Source of the DNA: an uncultured Planctomycetales bacterium
GTDB taxonomy: Bacteria; Omnitrophota; Gorgyraeia; Zapsychrales; Fredricksoniimonadaceae
DNA length: 64,000 nucleotides
Direction: 5' to 3'
NCBI GenBank assembly: GCA_964487685.1
Contig: CAZASA010000002.1
Coordinates: forward strand, 3,611-67,610
Below the pieces are notes generated by a model. It worked only from the letters and a program-made list of their open reading frames with translations, was not told where the DNA came from and ran no database searches. This document shows positions 47,171 to 57,001 of the stretch, in pieces. Position 1 is the stretch's first letter. Each line of letters starts with the position of its first letter. The translations under genes and the position numbers were made by a program.

Positions 47171-48106
47171 ATGAAAATCGCCAATGATATCACAGAATTG
47201 ATCGGCAATACGCCTTTAGTCAAACTTAATAAGGTTACGAAAGGCTGTCAGGCTACGGTGCTGGCAAAACTGGAATTCTTTAATCCTTTAAGTTCAGTCA
47301 AGGACAGGATCGGTTTTAACATGATCCGTGCCGCCGAGAAAGAAGGGAAGATCAAGGCCAACACCGTCATTGTTGAGCCAACTTCCGGAAATACCGGCAT
47401 TGCCCTGGCCTTTGTCTGTGCGGTCAAAGGTTATAAATTGATGCTGACCATGCCTGAGACGATGAGCTTGGAGCGTCGGGCTTTATTAAGGGCTTTAGGC
47501 GCAGAACTGGTTTTAACGCCTGGCCCGGAAGGGATGAAGGGGGCGATCAAAAAAGCCAAAGATATCCTGGATTCTGATCCGGATAAATATTTTATGCCCC
47601 AGCAATTTGATAATCCCGCGAATGTCGAGATCCACCGGTTGACAACGGCCGAAGAGATATGGCGTGATACGGACGGTAAGGTGGATATATTGGTCTCTGG
47701 GGTTGGCACAGGCGGCACGATCACGGGTATTGCCCAGGTGATCAAGCAGCGCAAGCCTTCATTTAAAGCGATCGCTGTTGAGCCGGTCACCTCACCAGTC
47801 CTTTCCGGTGGACAGGCAGGTCCTCACAAGATCCAGGGCATCGGAGCAGGATTTATTCCCAGCATTGTGGATGTGAAGCTTATTGATGAGGTCATCCAGG
47901 TTTCCAATGATGAGTCCTTTGCTATGGCCAAGAGATTGATCCGTGAGGAAGGCATTCTTTGCGGGATTTCATCCGGTGCAGCGGTCACTGCGGCTGTGAA
48001 GGTGGCCATGCGCCCGGAGAATAAGGGCAAGATGATCGTTGCGATCATTCCATCCACCGGCGAGCGTTATTTATCTACCGATCTTTTTGCTGAGTATCGT
48101 TCATAA
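47171..48106 (+). CDS. cysK: Cysteine synthase A
   Basis: [43 protein letters not shown]. Confidence 0.96.
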   Translation: MKIANDITELIGNTPLVKLNKVTKGCQATVLAKLEFFNPLSSVKDRIGFNMIRAAEKEGKIKANTVIVEPTSGNTGIALAFVCAVKGYKLMLTMPETMSLERRALLRALGAELVLTPGPEGMKGAIKKAKDILDSDPDKYFMPQQFDNPANVEIHRLTTAEEIWRDTDGKVDILVSGVGTGGTITGIAQVIKQRKPSFKAIAVEPVTSPVLSGGQAGPHKIQGIGAGFIPSIVDVKLIDEVIQVSNDESFAMAKRLIREEGILCGISSGAAVTAAVKVAMRPENKGKMIVAIIPSTGERYLSTDLFAEYRS

Positions 48107-48706
48107 CCCAAGGGTTTGATCGAGGACGATCTCGGCCATCATGGCGGCGCATTGGGTCACGCGCGGGGCCATGGGTGGATGTCCTTTGGCGCTGTCAGTA
48201 CTGCGGTCCCCGCAAATATAGACATTGCCCATTTTCTTGACGGTCATGGGCTTTTTTTCTTTTAATCCTGCCATCCCAACCCCGCTGATGACCAAAGGGA
48301 AACGCGGCGCGTAATACTGCACGAACCGGTACTTCCAGTCCGTCACATCAAAAGCTTCAACGATAATATCAAATCCTTTAAAAAATTCTTCAGCATTGCC
48401 TTCATGCCATTTGGTTTGGTGGACCACTATATTAGCGTCGGGGTTAATGTCCAGGAGCCGTGTTTTAAGGACTTCAACCTTGGGCCGTCCTATCTCAGCG
48501 GTGAAATACTGCTGGCGGTTGAGATTGGAGGCATCGATCACGTCTTGGTCGATGATCTCAAGGCACTTGAAACCCGAACGCACCAGGATCATAGCGCAGT
48601 TAGAACCCAAGCCGCCGGCGCCGCCAATACCGATCTTGCGGGACTGGATCAGGGCTAATTGATCAGCGTTAAGGTATTTTAAAAGACCTTGTTCAAAGGC
48701 GTTCAT
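48101..48706 (-). CDS. thiF: Sulfur carrier adenylyltransferase ThiF
   Basis: [16 protein letters not shown]; in the thi operon. Confidence 0.9.
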   Translation of the reverse strand: MNAFEQGLLKYLNADQLALIQSRKIGIGGAGGLGSNCAMILVRSGFKCLEIIDQDVIDASNLNRQQYFTAEIGRPKVEVLKTRLLDINPDANIVVHQTKWHEGNAEEFFKGFDIIVEAFDVTDWKYRFVQYYAPRFPLVISGVGMAGLKEKKPMTVKKMGNVYICGDRSTDSAKGHPPMAPRVTQCAAMMAEIVLDQTLGL

Positions 48707-49722
48707 AGGGCGTTTTCAATATGGCGCCAGTCCGTAAATACAGGATCAAAATTCTTGGCTTTAAGAAGGCTTATGATCTGGGCAACACTGCGTTCGTCCT
48801 TGATATCGAATTGCGGGTCCTGGTTCTTTTCTTCCAGCAGGGTGTAGCCGCCGACCGACGTGTTTGAACCTGCCGACATACGGGTGATGCCGATCTCTAA
48901 AAGATGGTCGCGTAGTCTGGGTTCTTCGCGGGTGGAAAGATTGATGCCTACCCGGGGAAATAAAATTCGGGTCAAGGCGATGATCTTGACGAACTGCGCA
49001 TCATCGACGTCACAATGGCCCAAGGCTTCTGATTTGACCGTGCGAAGCCGGGGGAATGAGACGCTGTATTCAACCCCGGGAAAAGCTTTTTCCAATTCCC
49101 TTAAATGCTGGTAAAGCGCATAGGTGTCCTGGACAACATCGCTCAAGCCCAAAAGGATCCCTAAGGACAGATGGCGCATACCGGCTTGGGCCGCGCGTCT
49201 TGGCGTTTGATACCTGAAATCATAATCTTTTTTATAGCCGGATAAATGCACCTGGGCGTAGCGTGTTCGGTCATAGGTTTCCTGATAAACAGTGATACCA
49301 TCCACCCCGGCGGCGAATAATTCCTGGTATTCGGGCATTTGCATCGGATGCACTTCAAGGGCAATGCCCTGGAAATATTCTGAGCCGATCATGGCCGCTT
49401 CTTTTAAATACGACACAGGGGTATGTTTATAGGACTCGCCGGTCAACATTAGGATATTGCGAATACCTTGCCCGTGGATGTACTGCATTTCCTTGCGGTA
49501 CTGCTCGGGTTCAAGCTTCATCCGCTGGATCTTGTGCTGACTGTGGAATCCGCAATAGGTGCAATGGCTGGAACAGAAATTGGATAAGTACAAAGGTCCA
49601 TAAAGACTTATAGCACGGCCGAAATATTGCCGTGTCGTTTGGGCTGCCTGAAGGGCCAGCGCTTCGACGGATCGCGGTGATCTATCAGTGAGAATATTTT
49701 TAATTTGCTGGAACGTCATCAT
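48703..49722 (-). CDS. thiH: 2-iminoacetate synthase ThiH (radical SAM)
   Basis: [38 protein letters not shown]. Confidence 0.92.
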   Translation of the reverse strand: MMTFQQIKNILTDRSPRSVEALALQAAQTTRQYFGRAISLYGPLYLSNFCSSHCTYCGFHSQHKIQRMKLEPEQYRKEMQYIHGQGIRNILMLTGESYKHTPVSYLKEAAMIGSEYFQGIALEVHPMQMPEYQELFAAGVDGITVYQETYDRTRYAQVHLSGYKKDYDFRYQTPRRAAQAGMRHLSLGILLGLSDVVQDTYALYQHLRELEKAFPGVEYSVSFPRLRTVKSEALGHCDVDDAQFVKIIALTRILFPRVGINLSTREEPRLRDHLLEIGITRMSAGSNTSVGGYTLLEEKNQDPQFDIKDERSVAQIISLLKAKNFDPVFTDWRHIENAL

Positions 49723-50488
49723 ACAAAAATCCCGTCAGGGGTGAGGAGGCATTAGCTAAAAAATTCTTAAGAGGCAAACCGCTTAAATAGGCCATACGTC
49801 CGGCTTCAACAGCTAAAGCAAAGGCACGGGCCAGTGTCGCCGGATCCTGGGCGGAGGCGACCGCAGTATTGACCAAGACAGCATCCGCGCCCATTTCCAT
49901 GGCTTCAGCCGCTTGGGAGGGGGCTCCGATGCCGGCATCCACGATGATGGGAAGGTCGATCTCATCGATCAAAACCTGGATAAATTCCTTGGTCTTCAAG
50001 CCCTGATTACTGCCGATAAAAGAGCCCAAGGGCATGACTGTCGCGGCACCAGCTTTAACAAGGGCACGCGCGGTATATAGATCGGGTGTAATGTAGGGCA
50101 GTACCACAAAGCCTTCGGCCGCGAGGATCTCGGTTGCTTTGATGGTTTCCTGATTGTCAGGAAGTAAATATTTACTGTCATTGATCACTTCGATCTTGAC
50201 CCAATTGCCGCAGCCTGATGCTTTGGCCAGACGAGCGATGCGCACCGCTTCCTGGGCGTTACGCGCACCGGAGGTGTTCGTTAATAGTGTTACATGCGGG
50301 GGAATGAATTCCAGGATATTTTCTTCATGGCGTTCAAGGTCAATACGGCGAAGAGCCACGGTGACGATTTGACTGCCGCTTGCGGCAATGCTTTGGGCCA
50401 GGTCATTTTTACTTTTGAATTTTCCGGTACCCAACAAAAAACGGCTGGTAAATGATTTGCCCGCGATCACTAAAGCAGGATCGGTCAT
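49700..50488 (-). CDS. thiG: Thiazole synthase
   Basis: [38 protein letters not shown]. Confidence 0.95.
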   Translation of the reverse strand: MTDPALVIAGKSFTSRFLLGTGKFKSKNDLAQSIAASGSQIVTVALRRIDLERHEENILEFIPPHVTLLTNTSGARNAQEAVRIARLAKASGCGNWVKIEVINDSKYLLPDNQETIKATEILAAEGFVVLPYITPDLYTARALVKAGAATVMPLGSFIGSNQGLKTKEFIQVLIDEIDLPIIVDAGIGAPSQAAEAMEMGADAVLVNTAVASAQDPATLARAFALAVEAGRMAYLSGLPLKNFLANASSPLTGFLYDDVPAN

Positions 50489-50489
50489 C

Positions 50490-50690
50490 TTAACCACCAC
50501 CGACGAAGGTGACCAGTTCCAGGGCATCGCCGTTTTTAAGCGTTGTCTGGGGCCATTTTTCTGAAGGTATGATATTACCGTTTAGTTCAGTGATCACATG
50601 TTTGGGCTGTTTGCAAAAACCCGCGACAATTTCAGACAAGTTCTTTGCCGTGTCCAATTGTTGGGATGTACCATTGATGGTGATATTCAT
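50490..50690 (-). CDS. thiS: Sulfur carrier protein ThiS
   Basis: 66 aa ending FVGGG. Confidence 0.93.
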   Translation of the reverse strand: MNITINGTSQQLDTAKNLSEIVAGFCKQPKHVITELNGNIIPSEKWPQTTLKNGDALELVTFVGGG

Positions 50691-50924
50691 AACGTACCTC
50701 GCTAATTTTCAATGTTTCATTCTAATTTATTTGCCCTAAAAAAGCAAATTTTTGCGGGGCGCATAAATATTTAATAATAATATTTACAGCCATATTTTTG
50801 ATATAAAATATCCCTGTTGGAATTGATTTTAGCCGCAAAAATATATCTTTTATTTCCGGGCGTTTTTTGTATAATATTGCGTTTCTATTGAAAGACCAAA
50901 GCGCAAAAAAAGGACGGCCAATAA

Positions 50925-51344
50925 ATGAGCAAATCCGCTGTATTCGGTTATGAGCTTCTGCTTGACCTGTATGAATGCAAACAGGGTGTCTGTGATGATC
51001 TGACGTTATGTTACAATTTTCTCGATGAGATCGTAGGTTTCCTGGGCATGGAAAAGCAGGCCCCTCCGTCGATCTTCCGCTCTGACGGTGTGCGCTTCCC
51101 GGACAAAGCAGGGCTTTCCGGCTGGGTGCCCTTGATCGAGAGTTCCATTGTCATCCACACCTTGACCCCCAAAGATTTTATTACGGTTGATATTTATTGC
51201 TGCCGTTCCTTTGACCGTAAAAAAGCGGAAGAGTTTTGCCGCGGTTATTTCGCCCCCAAGACATTGCAGGCGCAGTTTGTTGAACGGGGTTTAAATTATT
51301 ACCAGGAAAATGCGCCTTCTGCCAAAGAAATGGCGCATAAGTAA
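50925..51344 (+). CDS. S-adenosylmethionine decarboxylase (SpeD/SpeH) family proenzyme
   Basis: G.ELLLDLY.C, GLSGWVPLIESSIVIHT, TVDIYCC, ERG. Confidence 0.75.
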   Translation: MSKSAVFGYELLLDLYECKQGVCDDLTLCYNFLDEIVGFLGMEKQAPPSIFRSDGVRFPDKAGLSGWVPLIESSIVIHTLTPKDFITVDIYCCRSFDRKKAEEFCRGYFAPKTLQAQFVERGLNYYQENAPSAKEMAHK

Positions 51345-51402
51345 CACTGACGTAAAACAAGTGTTATCCTTAGCTGGCGAAGGATTTGATTGAAAGGGGA
51401 TT

Positions 51403-51423
51403 GGCTAAAAACTGATCCCCTTT
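51403..51423. terminator. Hairpin/terminator-like structure upstream of leuS (left arm begins at ~51393)
   Basis: AAAGGGGAT...ATCCCCTTT followed by ATTATTT. Confidence 0.35.
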
Positions 51424-51439
51424 ATTATTTGAGGCGAAC

Positions 51440-53923
51440 ATGCCCTATACCACTAATGACATCAGGGAAATTGAAAGCAAATGGCAGGAGTTTTGGGAGA
51501 AGAATAAAGTCTTTTATGTAGAGACCGATCCTTCAAAACCCAAATACTATGTGCTGGAAATGTTCCCCTATCCTTCGGGGAAGATCCACATGGGCCATGT
51601 GCGTAATTACACCATCGCGGATGTGATCGCGCGCTATAAGATGATGCGGGGGTTTAATGTCCTGCACCCTATCGGCTATGATGCCTTTGGCCAGCCCGCG
51701 GAAAACGCCGCCATTAAGAACAAGACCAATCCTTCCCAATGGACCTACCAATGCATCACCCAGATGCATGATGAATTAAAGAAAATGGGATTCTCTTATG
51801 ATTGGGGCCGGGAACTGGCCACCTGCGATGCCGAATATTATAAGTGGAACCAATGGATATTTATCAAGATGTACGAGCGGGGGCTCAGTTATAAAAAAGC
51901 CTCTTCAGTCAATTGGTGCCCGGATTGCGAGACCACCCTGGCCAATGAGGAAGTGATCAACGGCCTTTGCTGGCGCTGTAAGACCCCGGTCATTCAAAAA
52001 GATTTAGAACAATGGTATTTGAGGATCACCCAATTCGCGCCTGACTTGCTGGAAGACTTAAAAAAATTAGACCAATGGCCTTCCCGTGTTCGGGCCATGC
52101 AGGAGAACTGGATCGGTAAGAGTTATGGGGTTGAGATCTCCTTTAAGGTCCAGGGCTCAAAAGAAATCATCAATGTTTTTACGACCAGGGCAGACACCAT
52201 CTTTGGTGCCACCTATGTGGTTTTGGCCCCCGAACATCCCATGGTCAAAAAATTGACCAAGGGGACACCGCAGGAAAAAGAGACCCTCGCGTTTATCGAA
52301 AAGACCGCCAATAAAAGCAAGTCCCTGCGCATGTCCGGTGATCAACGCAAGGAAGGGGTATTTATCGGTCGTCAGGCAGTCAATCCCGTAAACAATGAAA
52401 CCATCCCTATTTTTATCGGGGACTATGTCTTGATGGAATACGGGACAGGGGCCATCATGGCTGTTCCCACCCATGACCAGCGTGATTTTGAATTTGCCAG
52501 GCAGTATAAATTACCTATGCGTATTGTGATCCAAGACCCTAAAAATCCTTCGATCGCCGTCGAAAACATGACCCAGGCTTATGTGGAAGAAGGCGTGCTC
52601 GTTAATTCCGGGGAATTTAACAAGGTCCCTAATGAAGAGGCCAAAAAGAAGATCGGCGAATGGATGCAGCACAAACGGTTAGGCAAGCTTAGTATCCATT
52701 GGCGTTTGCGTGATTGGTTGATCTCCCGCCAGCGTTACTGGGGAACGCCAATTCCTATGATCTATTGCCCTGAATGTGGGATGGTTCCGGTACCTTACCA
52801 TCAATTGCCGGTGGAATTGCCCAAGGATGTCGAGATCACCGGTGAAGGCGGTTCACCCTTGGCCAAGGCAAGGTCTTTTGTTGAATGCCCGTGCCCCAAA
52901 TGCGGCAAGCCTGCCCGCCGGGAAACAGATACCATGGCGACCTTCTTTGATTCGTCCTGGTATTTCCTGCGTTTCTGCTCGGCGCATCTTAATGAAGAGA
53001 TCTTTGATAAGGCTGATGCCCAGTATTGGATGCCGGTGGACCAGTATATCGGCGGTATTGAGCATGCGATCCTGCATTTATTATACGCCAGATTTTTTAC
53101 CAAATTTTTTAAAGACATGGGCTTGATCAGCGGGGATGAACCCTTTACACGGCTATTGACACAGGGCATGGTGCTCAAGGACGGGGAAGTGATGTCCAAA
53201 TCCAGAGGCAATACCGTCGATCCTGATGAAGTGTTATCTAAATACGGAGCAGATACCCTGCGTTTGTTCATTTTGTTCGCCGCGCCCCCGGAAGACCAGT
53301 TGGAATGGAATGATAATGGCCTGGAAGGATCATGGAAATTCTTAAATCGTATCTATCGCATGGTTGAGGACAGGTATTATAGAGGCGTTGATACCATGTC
53401 CGCCGATGCCAAGGATCCCGAGAACCAGAAATTGGAATTGGAGCGCAATAAAGCCATCAAGCTCGTCACCCAATCATTTGAAGAAGGATATAAATTTAAT
53501 ACGGCGATCAGTCATTTGATGGTTTTGGCCAATGCCATTGATAAATATCCGTATGCCAAATCAGATGAGCCCAGCCGTCGGATTTTGCTGAATAGTTCTA
53601 TTGAAACCCTGGTGCTCTTGTTGTCCCCCTTCAGTCCGCATGTGGCCGAGGAGATGTGGCAGATGATGGGGAAGCCTGAACCTACCATGGCGCGGGTGGC
53701 CTGGCCTGTCTTTGATGAGAAAGCACTAAAGACGAGTACGATCATGATCGCGGTACAGGTCAACGGCCGTGTTCGTGCCCAAATAGAGATCGCTCCGGAT
53801 ATGCCGCAGGATGAATTGCGTAAAATTTGTTTGGCCAATCCAGGTGTCGCCAAATATGCAACAGATGCAGCCGTTAAAAAATTCATCGTTGTGCCCAATA
53901 AACTTGTAAGCATAGTGGTCTGA
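51440..53923 (+). CDS. leuS: Leucine--tRNA ligase
   Basis: MFPYPSG.IHMGH, WLISRQRYWG, GGIEHA, VMSKS. Confidence 0.97.
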   Translation: MPYTTNDIREIESKWQEFWEKNKVFYVETDPSKPKYYVLEMFPYPSGKIHMGHVRNYTIADVIARYKMMRGFNVLHPIGYDAFGQPAENAAIKNKTNPSQWTYQCITQMHDELKKMGFSYDWGRELATCDAEYYKWNQWIFIKMYERGLSYKKASSVNWCPDCETTLANEEVINGLCWRCKTPVIQKDLEQWYLRITQFAPDLLEDLKKLDQWPSRVRAMQENWIGKSYGVEISFKVQGSKEIINVFTTRADTIFGATYVVLAPEHPMVKKLTKGTPQEKETLAFIEKTANKSKSLRMSGDQRKEGVFIGRQAVNPVNNETIPIFIGDYVLMEYGTGAIMAVPTHDQRDFEFARQYKLPMRIVIQDPKNPSIAVENMTQAYVEEGVLVNSGEFNKVPNEEAKKKIGEWMQHKRLGKLSIHWRLRDWLISRQRYWGTPIPMIYCPECGMVPVPYHQLPVELPKDVEITGEGGSPLAKARSFVECPCPKCGKPARRETDTMATFFDSSWYFLRFCSAHLNEEIFDKADAQYWMPVDQYIGGIEHAILHLLYARFFTKFFKDMGLISGDEPFTRLLTQGMVLKDGEVMSKSRGNTVDPDEVLSKYGADTLRLFILFAAPPEDQLEWNDNGLEGSWKFLNRIYRMVEDRYYRGVDTMSADAKDPENQKLELERNKAIKLVTQSFEEGYKFNTAISHLMVLANAIDKYPYAKSDEPSRRILLNSSIETLVLLLSPFSPHVAEEMWQMMGKPEPTMARVAWPVFDEKALKTSTIMIAVQVNGRVRAQIEIAPDMPQDELRKICLANPGVAKYATDAAVKKFIVVPNKLVSIVV

Positions 53924-53943
53924 TTTTTGCTATACTGGTTTTC

Positions 53944-55236
53944 ATGAAATTCATCGCAGACCTTCACGTCCACTCCAAATATTCCCGCGCTACCGCTAAA
54001 AACCTTGATCTGGAAAACCTTTACCTTTGGGCCCAATACAAGGGCATTCACGTCGTCGGGACCGGGGACTTTGTGCATCCCAAATGGTTCAAGGAGCTGG
54101 AAGAAAAGCTTGAGCCGGCCGAGAATGGCTTATTCAAGCTTAAAGATCAGTTTGCCAAACCTATTGATGCCCAAATCCCTTCCAGCTGTCGTGGGCAAGT
54201 ACGATTCTTACTTACAGTAGAAATATCTAATATCTATAAGCGTCCTAAATTAGGCAAGGTGCGCAAGGTGCATAATCTGATCTGGGCGCCGTCCATGCAA
54301 GCCGCCCAAAAGATCCAAACCAAACTAGGGGCCATCGGTAATATCAATTCTGACGGCCGTCCTATATTGGGTTTGGATTCGTATGATCTGCTTAAAATAA
54401 CGCTGGATGCTGATCCTAAAAATATTTTTGTTCCCGCGCATATCTGGACACCGTGGTTCTCCGCCTTGGGTTCCATGGGCGGCTTTGACAGCATGGCGGA
54501 CGCTTTCGGTGATCTGACCCAGCACATTTTTGCCGTTGAAACAGGTTTGTCATCGGACCCGCCGATGAATTGGCGGCTGAATCAACTGGATGATTTTATC
54601 CTGGTCTCTAATTCAGATGCGCATTCTCCCGCGAAGCTTGGGCGTGAGGCCAATATTTTTGATACGGAATTTTCTTATGAGGGTATTTACAAAGCTTTGG
54701 CAGACAAAAATGATAAAGGCCTTGTGTCGACCATTGAATTTTTTCCGGAAGAAGGAAAATACCATTACGATGGCCACCGTGCCTGCCAGGTCCGATGGCA
54801 TCCCAAGGAATCGATCAAGCATAAAGATATCTGTTCTGTTTGCGGCAAGCCCATCACCGTCGGAGTTATGGCGCGTGTGGAAAAATTAGCTGACCGGCCG
54901 CAAGGGACAAAGTCCAAACGCTGGCGGCCTTACCATAATATTGTGGCCTTGCCCAGCTTGATCGCTGAGGCCAAAGAAATAGGCCCTGCCAGTAAGGCCG
55001 TGCAGGAAACTTATATGAATGTATTGAGCAAATTAGGCAACGAATTTTATATCCTGTTGGATTGTCCCTTGGCGGATATTAAGCGGGCGGCTGGGGATGT
55101 CCTGGCTGAAGGGGTCAACCGGATGCGGCAGGGCAAGGTCTCGATTGCAGCGGGTTATGACGGCGAGTTCGGGACCATCAAGATCTTTGGATCCGAAGAG
55201 CGCGAACACATTGAGCAACAATTGGCATTATTCTAA
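53944..55236 (+). CDS. Endonuclease Q family (PHP domain) protein
   Basis: DLHVHSKYSRAT, GTGD, PAHIWTPW, ETGLSSD, SNSDAHS, GKYH.DGHR.C, GYDG.FG. Confidence 0.9.
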   Translation: MKFIADLHVHSKYSRATAKNLDLENLYLWAQYKGIHVVGTGDFVHPKWFKELEEKLEPAENGLFKLKDQFAKPIDAQIPSSCRGQVRFLLTVEISNIYKRPKLGKVRKVHNLIWAPSMQAAQKIQTKLGAIGNINSDGRPILGLDSYDLLKITLDADPKNIFVPAHIWTPWFSALGSMGGFDSMADAFGDLTQHIFAVETGLSSDPPMNWRLNQLDDFILVSNSDAHSPAKLGREANIFDTEFSYEGIYKALADKNDKGLVSTIEFFPEEGKYHYDGHRACQVRWHPKESIKHKDICSVCGKPITVGVMARVEKLADRPQGTKSKRWRPYHNIVALPSLIAEAKEIGPASKAVQETYMNVLSKLGNEFYILLDCPLADIKRAAGDVLAEGVNRMRQGKVSIAAGYDGEFGTIKIFGSEEREHIEQQLALF

Positions 55237-55237
55237 T

Positions 55238-55383
55238 TCAGCAGGTCCTGTCTCGGACTTGCTGTTAAGGTGCTCCTGATTGAAAGGAGAAAGTCACAGC
55301 CTTAGCTCTTAGTGGTTTCCCTTGATTAGCCCTCAGAGCCGTCACCGTGCGCTCCTTAACATCAACTCCGAGCCACCCGCTGA
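55238..55383 (-). ncRNA. Structured intergenic element (family S, copy B)
   Basis: Reverse complement shares GCGGGTGGC, AGGAGCGCACGG, AGGGAAACC, GAGCTAA, CAGGAGCACCT, CAGGACC with 7428-7605. Confidence 0.55.
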
Positions 55384-55397
55384 TCAGCTTATAAAAT

Positions 55398-56849
55398 ATG
55401 CAACGACCCTCCGACTTAAATGAATCTCAATGGCAAGCGGTAACGCATGAGGGCGGCCATTTGTTGATCGCGGCAGGCCCGGGCACGGGCAAGACGCATA
55501 CGCTTACCCGTCGCATTGCCCATCTTTTTCCTTCTTTAAAACTTAATGAAAAAATATTAGCGATCACCTTTACCAATAAAGCGGCCCGTCAAATGAAGGA
55601 CAGATTGACGGCCCTGGGTGTGGAGCAATCTAATATATTTATCGGCACCTTTCATGGTTTTTGTTTGAAATTATTGCGTGACCATTTTGAGCATACAGCC
55701 CTTCCTAAAGATTTTAAGGTGGCGTTGCCGGAAGATATAACCGGTTTTGACAAGGAAACCCGCGAGCGCATCAGCCTTTTAAAATCAACCCAGTTGGCAT
55801 TCTCACCCGACGATGAATATAAGGCCTATCAGCGGTATTTGCGTGACAATAGCTGGATCGATCTTGATGATATTTTGCGAGAGGCTGCTTTACTTTTGGA
55901 AGACGAAGATATTGCCTGCCTGCTTCGGGCCCAATACCGCTACATTTTTGTGGATGAATATCAGGACAGCAATAACATACAGCATGCCTTACTCAAGGCA
56001 TTGGCCCAGGAAGGGGTTTTATTGACGGTCATCGGGGATGCCAATCAGTCCATCTACGGTTTTCGCGGCAGCAGGGTGGAGCTTTTTGGGCGCTTTGAGG
56101 AAGATTTCTCTCCGGCAACGATCCTGACTTTGAAGGAAAATTATCGTTCTGCGCCAAGCCTTTTGGCGGCATCCTCTCAGGTGATGGGAGGGATCCAATT
56201 ATTGGCCCATCTTGATACGCACGGCAAATTAGTGATCCATCATGCGGTTACCGATAGGCTGGAAGCAGACTATGTTGCCCAGCAAATTGAAAAATTAGTG
56301 GGCGGTTTAGACATGAATACAAGTCGGCGGGCCAAGCATAGTTTTGGCGATGTGGCGGTGCTTTACCGGCTAAATGCCCAGCGCCAAACCTTGATCAAGG
56401 CGTTTGAGTATTTGGGCATCCCGTATCAATTTGCCCATAAACCCACCCGAAGCGATGTTTATTCGGATGAAAATGTGTTGGACCAAAATGAAGAAGAACT
56501 GGAATATAATGTTGAGAAGGTTTCCCTCATGTCGCTTCACGCGGCCAAAGGGCTGGAATTTTCGATTGTTTTTATCATTGGATGCGAGGACCATTTGCTT
56601 CCCTTGGACCTGATCGGGATGAAAGGTGAAGCCAAAGAAGAACGGCGCTTGTTTTATGTCGGCATGACCAGGGCTAAAGAACACTTGTTTTTGACCCATG
56701 CCAAGCGCAGGCAATTATTCGGCCAAACCCTTATACAAAATCCTTCCCCCTATTTGGCAGATATAGCCGAAGAACTAAAGGCTTATGAAGCCGCCAAACA
56801 CAGCGCAACCAAAAAAGACCCAGATGCCGCACAGTTGAAACTCTTCTAA
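55398..56849 (+). CDS. Compact UvrD/Rep-family SF1 helicase
   Basis: AGPGTGKT, TFTNKAA, VDEYQD, GDANQSIYGFRG, NYRS, HAAKGLEF, EERRLFYVGMTRA. Confidence 0.92.
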   Translation: MQRPSDLNESQWQAVTHEGGHLLIAAGPGTGKTHTLTRRIAHLFPSLKLNEKILAITFTNKAARQMKDRLTALGVEQSNIFIGTFHGFCLKLLRDHFEHTALPKDFKVALPEDITGFDKETRERISLLKSTQLAFSPDDEYKAYQRYLRDNSWIDLDDILREAALLLEDEDIACLLRAQYRYIFVDEYQDSNNIQHALLKALAQEGVLLTVIGDANQSIYGFRGSRVELFGRFEEDFSPATILTLKENYRSAPSLLAASSQVMGGIQLLAHLDTHGKLVIHHAVTDRLEADYVAQQIEKLVGGLDMNTSRRAKHSFGDVAVLYRLNAQRQTLIKAFEYLGIPYQFAHKPTRSDVYSDENVLDQNEEELEYNVEKVSLMSLHAAKGLEFSIVFIIGCEDHLLPLDLIGMKGEAKEERRLFYVGMTRAKEHLFLTHAKRRQLFGQTLIQNPSPYLADIAEELKAYEAAKHSATKKDPDAAQLKLF

Positions 56850-56901
56850 GTATTATTTATACAAAATTATATAAGTATATATTCCACAATAAGTTACATC
56901 C

Positions 56902-56929
56902 TTGACAAAACACGCCTATATGTTACTCT
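56902..56929 (+). promoter_or_regulatory. Sigma70-type promoter for the large modular gene
   Basis: TTGACA-16 bp-TACTCT with TG extension. Confidence 0.5.
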
Positions 56930-57001
56930 TTCTAGATAAAGCGTTTCCCACAACTAATAGGTACCTTCCCGCAGATTCCGGGATCCAGGATAATTAATTT
57001 A

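Noticed and set aside
50691-50924. TPP riboswitch upstream of thiS
   Set aside because: AT-rich divergent promoter region with no CUGAGA core visible on the minus strand
51345-51439. T-box leader for leuS
   Set aside because: Too short, no GGTGGNACCGCG T-box; only short hairpins
56966-56988. Degenerate R1-like TTCCCGCAGATTCCGGGATCCAG upstream of the large gene
   Set aside because: Lacks the GTCAT tag and has weak pairing; cannot be distinguished from chance
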